A stretch of 64,000 nucleotides of DNA from Desulfobulbaceae bacterium (GTDB lineage: Bacteria; Desulfobacterota; Desulfobulbia; Desulfobulbales; SURF-16). Positions within the stretch are counted from its first letter, which is position 1, and every line of letters starts with the position of its first letter. The stretch covers positions 48,474 to 112,473 of the forward strand of contig PKTX01000008.1 of assembly GCA_002868945.1 (NCBI GenBank). The letters run 5' to 3'. Below, one piece after another: positions 19,578 to 27,203 of this stretch. Under the pieces are notes generated by a model. It made no database searches, was not told where the DNA came from, and saw nothing but the letters and a program-made list of their open reading frames with translations. Position numbers and translations under genes: made by a program.

Positions 19578-19620
19578 GAAAATTCAGGAGTTAGGTGTTG
19601 GGAGTCAGAAGAAAAGCTTG
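19578..19620 (+). repeat. Dispersed heptamer/AAGCTT upstream element, copy 2
   Basis: GAAAATTCA GGAGTTA GGTGTTG GGAGTCA GAAGAAAAGCTTG, 56 nt upstream of the rhodanese ATG. Confidence 0.75.
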
Positions 19621-19675
19621 CACGTCAGTGGTTTTGACTAAGGAATCAAGAGATTTTAAGGATGAGGAAAATATC

Positions 19676-20098
19676 ATGAAGAAAATAACCCTTACGGCCC
19701 TCGCCTTTCTGGCGATGCTTAACGTTGCCGCTCTGTTTGACAGCTTCAACTATCTGGAGCCGGAGCAGTTCAAGGAGTGGCTGCAAAGCTCCAAGCCGCT
19801 GATCATAGTTGATATCCAGGTGGCGGATGACTTTGCCGTCCATCATTTTGTCGGTTCCATGGAGACCAATGCCTATCCGGTCAAGAGCGATGCAGACCGA
19901 GCCAAGCTCGACCAGGCCGTGCATGCCTTTCAGGAAGTCGGCCATGACGTGGTGGTGGTCTGCCCCCGGGGCGGCGGTGGCGCCAAGCGCTGCTACTCCT
20001 ACCTGAAAAGCCAGGGTGTTCCTGAAGAGAAACTGACCATTTTAAAAGGCGGCATCGACAAGTGGCCTTACCGGGCCATGCTGGTAAGCGGCAGGTAA
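19676..20098 (+). CDS. Exported rhodanese-domain sulfurtransferase
   Basis: The ATG at 19676 has a GAGGAA SD. Signal peptide is MKKITLTALAFLAMLNVAALF and the active-site loop is CPRGGGGAKR. Confidence 0.8.
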   Translation: MKKITLTALAFLAMLNVAALFDSFNYLEPEQFKEWLQSSKPLIIVDIQVADDFAVHHFVGSMETNAYPVKSDADRAKLDQAVHAFQEVGHDVVVVCPRGGGGAKRCYSYLKSQGVPEEKLTILKGGIDKWPYRAMLVSGR

Positions 20099-20135
20099 GG
20101 TCGCACCGGAGATTGTCCACCTGGCCAATCAAAAA

Positions 20136-20157
20136 ACCGGCAGCCTCGGCTGCCGGT
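20136..20157 (+). terminator. Stem-loop after the rhodanese gene (possible terminator or processing site)
   Basis: ACCGGCAGC-CTCG-GCTGCCGGT, a 9-bp perfect stem. An A-run lies upstream but no T-run lies downstream, so termination efficiency is uncertain. Confidence 0.35.
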
Positions 20158-20177
20158 TACCAAGGAAAGGAAAGAAT

Positions 20178-21188
20178 ATGAAGATTTCACTATGGAAAAT
20201 CGTCTTTTTTGTACTGATCATGCCCACCGCCTGCCTGGCCGGGGAACATGGCGGCCGCTTTGTCATGGAGTTTGATCTCTCCGGCCATGACAGCAGCAAG
20301 GAGGCCAGGCTCTGGGTGCCCTATCCGGTCTCCGACCCCTATCAGCAGGTCAGCAACATCAGCATTACCGGTAATTTCAGCGAGTCCGCCGTCTACACCG
20401 ACCAGGAATTTCAAAACCCCCTGCTCTATGCCCGCTGGGCCGAGGGCACGGAAAAGCGGACCCTGACCTTCTCCTTTGATGTGCTGCGCCAGGAGCGCCT
20501 GCAACGGCATCTGCCGGAAAAAGAGGCGGCCTGGGATCCGGCCGATTATGCCCGATATCTGCAGCCCACCCGCCTGGGCCCCATTGACGGCGTCGTAAAG
20601 GCCAAGGCGGAAGAGATTGTCGCCGGTCGCACCACGGTGCTTGGCAAGGCGCGGGCCATTTACGACTGGATATGTTCCTCCATGTATCGCGACCCCGCCA
20701 CCCGTGGCTGGGGGCCCGGCGATGTCTGCAAGCTCCTGGCTGAGCCGGGGGGGAAGTGTGCCGATATCCATTCGGTCTTTGTCGCCCTGGCCCGCTCGGT
20801 GGGCGTGCCGGCTCGGGAGATCTTCGGCATCCGCCAGGGCAAGAAGGGGGTGACCGATGTCACCACCTGGCAGCATTGCTGGGCCGAGTTCTTCCTGCCC
20901 GGTTACGGCTGGCTGGTGGTGGATCCTGCCGATGTCCGCAAGAAGATGCTCACCGAAAAGCTCGGCGACAACGATATCATGACCTATGGCTACCGCGCCT
21001 ATTTTTTCGGTGGTATTGACCCTTATCGGCTCAGACTGAGCACCGGCCGCGACCTTCGCCTTACCCCGCCTCAGCAGGGTGAGCCGCTCAATTACCTGAT
21101 GTACCCCTTTGCCCAGGTCGGCGCCACCAGCCTGGACTGGCTGGCGCCGCAGAGCTTCACCTATACCATTACCCATACCAGCAATTAA
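20178..21188 (+). CDS. Exported transglutaminase-like cysteine protease-fold protein
   Basis: N-terminal signal peptide. The transglutaminase-core triad context is GKCADIHSVFVALARSVGVPAREIFG, WQHCWAEFFLPGYGW and VVDPAD. Confidence 0.85.
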   Translation: MKISLWKIVFFVLIMPTACLAGEHGGRFVMEFDLSGHDSSKEARLWVPYPVSDPYQQVSNISITGNFSESAVYTDQEFQNPLLYARWAEGTEKRTLTFSFDVLRQERLQRHLPEKEAAWDPADYARYLQPTRLGPIDGVVKAKAEEIVAGRTTVLGKARAIYDWICSSMYRDPATRGWGPGDVCKLLAEPGGKCADIHSVFVALARSVGVPAREIFGIRQGKKGVTDVTTWQHCWAEFFLPGYGWLVVDPADVRKKMLTEKLGDNDIMTYGYRAYFFGGIDPYRLRLSTGRDLRLTPPQQGEPLNYLMYPFAQVGATSLDWLAPQSFTYTITHTSN

Positions 21189-21205
21189 TGCGAGGAACCC
21201 TTGTC

Positions 21206-22495
21206 ATGTCAGATTTTGAAATAAAGCCCTATCCGGAATTGTGGCGCTCCCTGGATATGGATGTGGAGCGCTTTGACAAGATGCGCCTGATGATGGGCGA
21301 TATGTTTGCCAAATCCTACCTGGGCCAGCAGAACAGACCAGCTGCCATGGCCTATTTCGACAATATGATCGCCGAGATCCATGGCGGTCGTGTCAAGGAG
21401 CTGCTGGCCGCCAAGGCAGAGGGCCGCCCGGTGATCGGCACCTTCTGCGTCTATATCCCCGAGGAAATCGTCCTGGCGGCCGGCGGCATCTGCGTCGGTC
21501 TATGCGGCGGTTCCCAGGGCTCGGTGCCGGATGCCGAAAAGATTCTGCCGCGCAACATCTGTCCCATGGTCAAGTCCGCCTTTGGTTTTAAGGCGGGCCG
21601 GATCTGTCCCTATTTTCAGGCCGTGGATTTTGTCTATGGCGAGACCACCTGTGACGCCAAGAAAAAATGCTGGGAAATCCTTGACAGGATGGTGCCCACC
21701 TATGTCATGGAGATCCCGCAGTGCAAGCAACCCCGCGATATCGCCCTCTGGAACGAGGAGGTGCGCGACTTCAAGACCAAGGTGGAGGAGGTGGCCGGCA
21801 GGGCCATCACCGAGGCGGACCTGGCCCAGGCCATCAAGGTGATGAACGGCAAGCGCCGCGCCCTGCAACGCCTCAACACTTTGCGTCATCACAGCCCCAG
21901 CCCCATCTCCGGCAAGGACGGCCTGCTCATCGAACAGATCGCCTTTTATGACGAGCCCCTTCGTTTCACCGAAAAGGTCAATGCCCTCTGTGACGAGCTT
22001 GAGGAGCGCATCAAGGCCCGGCTGGCTGTACCTGGCCCAAAGGCGACGCGCATCATGGTGGCCGGCACCCCCATGGCCTTGCCAAACTGGAAGATCCACA
22101 ATCTGGTGGAAGGCGCCGGCGCCGTGATCGTCAACGAGGAGTCATGCATCGGCACCCGCTACTTCAAGGACCTGGTGGACGAAAACGTTACGGGCATGGA
22201 GGCCATGCTCACCGCCCTCACCGATCGCTACAAGGAGATCGACTGTTCCTGCTTTACTCCCAATGACGAGCGGATCACGCAGGTGGTCAAGGAATTCCGC
22301 GACTCAGGGGCCCAGGGCATCATCAACTACTCCCTGCAGTTCTGCCATACCTATAATATCGAAGAGGTCCGCATTCGCGAGGCCTGTGAGGCCGAGTCCA
22401 TCCCCTACATGTTCATCGAGTCGGACTATTCCCCCGAGGATTTGGGCCAGCTGCAGACCAGGGTTGAGGCCTTTCTGGAACAGGTTGGAGGGTAA
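21206..22495 (+). CDS. HGD-D family protein (2-hydroxyacyl-CoA dehydratase / benzoyl-CoA reductase / double-cubane cluster protein family), single subunit
   Basis: Motifs are GRPVIGTFCVYIPEEIVLAAGG, ICPMVKS and GETTCDAKKKCWE. The ATG at 21206 has a GAGGA SD. The alternative ATG at 21188 overlaps the upstream stop (TAATG). Confidence 0.85.
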   Translation: MSDFEIKPYPELWRSLDMDVERFDKMRLMMGDMFAKSYLGQQNRPAAMAYFDNMIAEIHGGRVKELLAAKAEGRPVIGTFCVYIPEEIVLAAGGICVGLCGGSQGSVPDAEKILPRNICPMVKSAFGFKAGRICPYFQAVDFVYGETTCDAKKKCWEILDRMVPTYVMEIPQCKQPRDIALWNEEVRDFKTKVEEVAGRAITEADLAQAIKVMNGKRRALQRLNTLRHHSPSPISGKDGLLIEQIAFYDEPLRFTEKVNALCDELEERIKARLAVPGPKATRIMVAGTPMALPNWKIHNLVEGAGAVIVNEESCIGTRYFKDLVDENVTGMEAMLTALTDRYKEIDCSCFTPNDERITQVVKEFRDSGAQGIINYSLQFCHTYNIEEVRIREACEAESIPYMFIESDYSPEDLGQLQTRVEAFLEQVGG

Positions 22496-22498
22496 ACG

Positions 22499-23248
22499 AT
22501 GTACCTCGGTATTGATCTGGGCTCCCGCACCGTCAAGATGGCGGTGTGGGACGGTGAACGGTTGCTGGCGCATGAGATTGTCGAATCCGGTTTTGAGCCG
22601 CACAGGCAGGCGGAGAAGATGCTCAGTGCCTACAGACCCACAGCAGTGGTGGCCACCGGCTATGGCCGTCATCTGGCCGCCGACTATTTTGCCGACAGTG
22701 TGATTACCGAGATCAAGGCCCATGCCATCGGCATAGCGCATCACTTTCCGGAGTGCACCACCCTTGTTGACGTGGGCGGCCAGGACTCCAAGGTTATTGC
22801 CCTCAACGATAAGGGCAAGGTTACCACCTTCCAGATGAACGACAAGTGCGCGGCCGGCACCGGTCGTTTCCTGGAGATCATGGCAGGATCCCTGGCCTTT
22901 ACGCTGGAGGAGTTCGGGGCTGAAGCGCTCCAGGCAAGGCAGGAGGTGCAGATCAACTCCATGTGCACGGTGTTTGCCGAATCCGAGGTGATCTCCATGA
23001 AGAATCGCGGCATTCCCCGCCGGCATATTGCCCGCGCCGTACACGCCTCGGTGGTTGACCGTCTGGCCGGCATGCTGGCCAGGCTGGGCTATGGCGATAT
23101 GGTGGCTTTTTCCGGCGGCGTGGCCCGTAATCCCTGTATAGTGGCAATGCTGACTGAAAAACTGCCCGAGGCCCGGCTGGTTGTGCCGCAACTGCCTGAT
23201 ATTACGGGAGCCCTGGGGGCGGCCCTGCATGCCGCCAAGGTGGCGTGA
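22499..23248 (+). CDS. BcrAD/BadFG-type ATPase (activase / ATP-dependent reductase of HGD-D family enzymes)
   Basis: GGAGGG SD, 3 nt after the upstream stop. Motifs are GIDLGSRTVK, DKCAAGTGRFLE and the cluster-bridging Cys context NSMCTVFAES. 249 aa. Confidence 0.9.
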   Translation: MYLGIDLGSRTVKMAVWDGERLLAHEIVESGFEPHRQAEKMLSAYRPTAVVATGYGRHLAADYFADSVITEIKAHAIGIAHHFPECTTLVDVGGQDSKVIALNDKGKVTTFQMNDKCAAGTGRFLEIMAGSLAFTLEEFGAEALQARQEVQINSMCTVFAESEVISMKNRGIPRRHIARAVHASVVDRLAGMLARLGYGDMVAFSGGVARNPCIVAMLTEKLPEARLVVPQLPDITGALGAALHAAKVA

Positions 23249-23733
23249 TGGCACGGGAGGTTCTCGAAATTCATCAGACCCGCCGTTTTGTCAAGGCCCT
23301 GCAGCTTATGTACCGGGCCGGCAAGAGCGGCCGTGATGCGGCGCAACGGGCCACAAGGATTATTGCCGATCTGCAGGTCGACCCCCTGCACGACCAGGCG
23401 GAGATCAAACGGACCCGACACGGCGAACAACGTCTCCAGCAGTGCCGCAAGTATGATCTGGCCTGCGGCTATCGCCTTATTGCCTTAAAACGCCGGGGGC
23501 GGCTGATCTTTGTCTATATCGGCAGCCATGATGAGTGCCGGCTCTGGATTGAAAATAACCGGGAAAATCTGGAGGATATTGATTCGGAACCGGTGCCCTG
23601 TCAGCAAAAAGCAGCCGATCACCCCCGGCCCGCCGGGACGGCAGACGAGTCGGAGGTGGATGAGTATGAGGCGCAGCTCATGGCCCGCATTGATGAAGGA
23701 ATGCTGCGTGACATCTTTTCGGGTCTCTGTTGA
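23248..23733 (+). CDS. Hypothetical protein, N-terminal RelE/ParE/YafQ-like toxin-fold pattern plus acidic C-terminal tail
   Basis: The start overlaps the activase stop (GTGATG). The segment RHGEQRLQQCRKYDLACGYRLIALKRRGRLIFVYIGSHDE resembles the C-terminal core pattern of the RelE/YafQ superfamily. The last ~55 aa are Asp/Glu-rich. No adjacent antitoxin-like ORF. Confidence 0.55.
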   Translation: MAREVLEIHQTRRFVKALQLMYRAGKSGRDAAQRATRIIADLQVDPLHDQAEIKRTRHGEQRLQQCRKYDLACGYRLIALKRRGRLIFVYIGSHDECRLWIENNRENLEDIDSEPVPCQQKAADHPRPAGTADESEVDEYEAQLMARIDEGMLRDIFSGLC

Positions 23734-23849
23734 TTGGTGCGAGTCCGCGTCGGGCGCCGCTGCCGGGCAACTGCTGATTCCTTTGCCTGCGCCGAAAGTG
23801 AAGCAGAGCTGTCGGCCTGCCGCAAAGCCTTGAGCGGCCACGAGCCTTT

Positions 23850-24482
23850 TCAGGGATCGTGCTCTTTCTTGTTCTTGTTGAAGAGCTCGGGGTAGAGTTT
23901 TTCAGCGCATTCCGGACAGATGCTGTGGCTGAATTCCGCCTCTGAGCGTGTCTGGATATACTCCTCTATCTGATTCCAGTAGCCGTCATCATCACTGATC
24001 TTTTTACAGGAGGCGCAGATGGGCAAAAAGCCGCTGAGAACCTTGACCTTGGCCAGGGCGTCTTGCAGCTCCAGATTCTTGTTGGCCAGGGCAGCGGTAC
24101 GCTCCGCAACCAGCTCCTCCAGGCGGTTTTTGTGTAACTCCAGCTCAAGATGGACCTGGTAGGAGCGATAGAAGTAGAGGCTGAAGGCAAAGGCAATGAT
24201 GAAGGTGGCGCTGTTGATGGAACCGGAAAAGGGCGCGATTTTTTGCCAGATGGGGGTGAGCCCGGCAAAGATGAGAATCTGCTTGACCAGGTGCCCGAAG
24301 GAACGCGATACCGCAAAAATGGCAAAGGAGAGACAGAGGAGAAAGAGGTAATATCGGAAGGTGTCACCCGGCTGACGACGGGTTACCTGCCAGGCCAGTT
24401 TTACGCACATCAGGGCGAGCATCAGGGTCAGGGCCGAGCCGAGGATGTCGACCCAGATAACAGGGAGCCAGGAAAGGGTCAT
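23850..24482 (-). CDS. Membrane protein with coiled coil and C-terminal four-Cys zinc-ribbon-like signalling tail
   Basis: Four hydrophobic helices and a coiled coil, then LPICASCKKISDDDGYWNQIEEYI...FSHSICPECAEK. I recall this motif from the C-termini of many uncharacterised PAS/sensor proteins. Confidence 0.75.
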   Translation of the reverse strand: MTLSWLPVIWVDILGSALTLMLALMCVKLAWQVTRRQPGDTFRYYLFLLCLSFAIFAVSRSFGHLVKQILIFAGLTPIWQKIAPFSGSINSATFIIAFAFSLYFYRSYQVHLELELHKNRLEELVAERTAALANKNLELQDALAKVKVLSGFLPICASCKKISDDDGYWNQIEEYIQTRSEAEFSHSICPECAEKLYPELFNKNKKEHDP

Positions 24483-24937
24483 GGCGTCTCCTGCCAGCGT
24501 TTGATCGCCATGAAGAGGAAGATAAAGGCCGGCACCAGAACAAGATGGTCGAGTCTGGTGATGTAGAAGAGAAGATCAAAGAGGCTGGTAATTTGGAAGG
24601 CAACGGTACGGCCGTTTATGGTAATAAATTTGTCGGCGGCCACGCTTTCGTGCATCCAGTGACCGCTGAAGGCCTGGATATTCCAGAGGAGAATAAGCCG
24701 GAGAAAGAGTTTGAAGTGTCGCCAACCCGGCCCGCGGAGTTGGCGATAGTGCTGGTTCACGAGCAGGCCGATCATGCCGATGAAAAAAAGAATGTGGCCG
24801 AGCTGGTGGGCCACCAGCCCTTCTGCACCGCCATGGGACTGCACGGCCCAGGCGGCAGCCGGTCGACTCAGCCCCCACAGGCAGAAAAGGGCGGCTGACG
24901 CAAAAATGGTAGAGCTGTTTCTGGCGAGTCCTGGCAT
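24479..24937 (-). CDS. Small integral membrane protein
   Basis: 152 aa with about four hydrophobic segments. ATGA overlap with the downstream membrane/zinc-ribbon gene. Confidence 0.6.
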   Translation of the reverse strand: MPGLARNSSTIFASAALFCLWGLSRPAAAWAVQSHGGAEGLVAHQLGHILFFIGMIGLLVNQHYRQLRGPGWRHFKLFLRLILLWNIQAFSGHWMHESVAADKFITINGRTVAFQITSLFDLLFYITRLDHLVLVPAFIFLFMAIKRWQETP

Positions 24938-25178
24938 GGCCTTCCGGTGTCATTTCAGGGTTCCGGTACGGGGATACATTCCAGTATACAAAAAAGAGGC
25001 GTGGCAGAGAGGGCAAAGGCTGCAGCCGGCAAGCACAGGCGCTGTGCCTCTTGCCTGCAAAGCATTGATGCCGTGGCGCCACTCTGGCGCCGCCTTCCTC
25101 GCAGGGTTCATTGGCCGGGCTATGCCTGCCCCACCACTTTACGGCTGCATGCGACAATCCTTGTGAAAGGTGCGGCTT

Positions 25179-27203
25179 CTAGATTCCATCCCTGGGAATG
25201 CTTGTTCGCCAGTTCTGCGAATAGACCCGCTGGTCACCCTCATATGCGTCCAACTGACCATGCAGATAAAAGTTGCCGCTATCAGATGTAAGCACGGTGC
25301 GGGTAGTCGTACGGATGGACCAGCCCGGCCGTCGGAAGGAACGTTCCGTGGCGGTTTCGGCGCGCAGGGAGGTGAAGTCGCTCCCCTGATAGGTGTAGTA
25401 TTCACGTGTCCGGTCACCTATTTCCAGGTCGATATCCTTGATGTGATATAGCCCCTCGTCCTTGACAACCTCAAGGGTTGAGATGTCCTGCGCCAGATCG
25501 CGATGTACCAGCCAATTGTGGTGGGGGAGTGTTCGTTGTTCTATTGCCGGCGGTGGTGCCCCCTCCGGTTCGGCAAAGCGTATGGCGTTGTCGGCTCCTT
25601 GAGGAGGGCGGACCGGCAGCTGCAGGGTGCACTGCTCGGTGTGGATGGTCAGGCGCACCTCCTCGGGTGGGGGCCAGGCCAGGGGCCAGTATGAGGTGGA
25701 CAGGGAGAGACGCAGACGGTGGCCGGCCGGAAACTGCTGGGCAATGTGATTCAAGACAATGCGGACATGATAGCTGCGCTCCGGCTCCAGGGGTTCGGGG
25801 TGGGCGTGACCGTTACGGTGGCAGAGGTTGAAGAGCGCGTAGGTGACCCGGGTGGCCTTGTCATCCGGCGCCACATCGGAAAGGCGGACGGCAACCATGG
25901 CAGCGGCACGGTTGGCGGATAGGTTCAGGTCGAGCACCGGGGCGCCGAGGATCTCCAGGTTTTTTTCCAGGGGGGCAGAGTCGTAGACCAGGGCGCCGCC
26001 ATCCTCTTGGCGCTGGTCATGGGGCAGGTCGGGTGCGGCGGTATATGAGCACCATTTGCCGGCAAAGAGGCCGACGCTCAGCGGTGACTGCAGGGTTTGT
26101 ATGGTCTGGCGGCGCCGTCTGCTCGCGGCATCCCGGGCCAGGCGATTGGGGGCCAATGGATAGGTGTGCCATTTGATACGAGGCGAGGGCCACTGTTTCT
26201 CGGCAATCCAGCGGCCCGGTCGGTGTTGGTAGCGGCTGGTGGGGGGAACGCTCTCCTGCATCCAGGCGCGTAGCAGGGGCTCGTCCATAATGCCGGTGTC
26301 GCGATCCTTGAGCCAATAATCCCACCAGCGCAGACTTTCCTGCAAAAAGCCGATTGCCGGGCCCGGGCTGCCGAAATGTGGATAGCGGTGGCCCCAGGGG
26401 CCGATTAGTCCCCGGCAAGGGACCGTAAGGTGTTCCAGCAGGCGGAAGATGGCATTGGTGTATCCGTCGCTCCAGCCCCCCACTGCCATGACCGGACAAC
26501 GGATGGCTGCGTAGTCCTCGCACACCGAACCATGACGCCAGTAGGCATCACGCCGTTGGTGGCGCAGCCAGGTGTCCAGCCAGAGACCGCTGCCGGCCAG
26601 ACGCTCAAACCACATGTGGCGCCAGCGGTCGCCCACCAGTTGCGGGTCGGGAGGGCAGGAGTTGACGGAAAACATGGTGGTGGACTCAGAGAGGTTGTCG
26701 GTGAGCAGGCAGCCCCCCATGTAGTGCATGTTGTCCAGGTAAAGGTCATCGGTGGAGCAGGTGGAAATGATCGCCTGCAGGCCGGGCGGTTGCAGGGCGG
26801 CAATCTGCAGGCTGTTAAAGCCGCCCCAGGAGATACCCATCATGCCGATGCGTTCGTTGCACCAGGGCTGTTGACAAAGCCACTTGATGATGGCCAGGCC
26901 ATCTTCCATCTCCTGCCGGCGGTACTGGTCGACGAGGATGCCTTCGGAATCACCGGAACCGCGTAAATCCACGCGGATACAGGCATAGCCGTGTCCGGCC
27001 AGGTAGCCATGCGTGACATTGTCGCGGACACGGGTGAGGTCGCGTTTGCGATAAGGGATATATTCCAGAAGGGCCGGGACGGGCTGTTCTTCGGCGTTTT
27101 CCGGCAACCAGAGACGGGCTGCCAGCTTGACGCCGTCCGCCATGGTGATCAGGGTGTGCTCCACCTCCTTTACCCTGGAGGGTAGGGAGTCGGTGTATCT
27201 CAT
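25179..27203 (-). CDS. CocE/NonD-family (peptidase S15-like) alpha/beta hydrolase
   Basis: 674 aa. It has the LEYIPYRKRD N-terminal motif and the nucleophile elbow GISWGG. The length fits a hydrolase domain plus a C-terminal beta-sandwich. Confidence 0.85.
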   Translation of the reverse strand: MRYTDSLPSRVKEVEHTLITMADGVKLAARLWLPENAEEQPVPALLEYIPYRKRDLTRVRDNVTHGYLAGHGYACIRVDLRGSGDSEGILVDQYRRQEMEDGLAIIKWLCQQPWCNERIGMMGISWGGFNSLQIAALQPPGLQAIISTCSTDDLYLDNMHYMGGCLLTDNLSESTTMFSVNSCPPDPQLVGDRWRHMWFERLAGSGLWLDTWLRHQRRDAYWRHGSVCEDYAAIRCPVMAVGGWSDGYTNAIFRLLEHLTVPCRGLIGPWGHRYPHFGSPGPAIGFLQESLRWWDYWLKDRDTGIMDEPLLRAWMQESVPPTSRYQHRPGRWIAEKQWPSPRIKWHTYPLAPNRLARDAASRRRRQTIQTLQSPLSVGLFAGKWCSYTAAPDLPHDQRQEDGGALVYDSAPLEKNLEILGAPVLDLNLSANRAAAMVAVRLSDVAPDDKATRVTYALFNLCHRNGHAHPEPLEPERSYHVRIVLNHIAQQFPAGHRLRLSLSTSYWPLAWPPPEEVRLTIHTEQCTLQLPVRPPQGADNAIRFAEPEGAPPPAIEQRTLPHHNWLVHRDLAQDISTLEVVKDEGLYHIKDIDLEIGDRTREYYTYQGSDFTSLRAETATERSFRRPGWSIRTTTRTVLTSDSGNFYLHGQLDAYEGDQRVYSQNWRTSIPRDGI

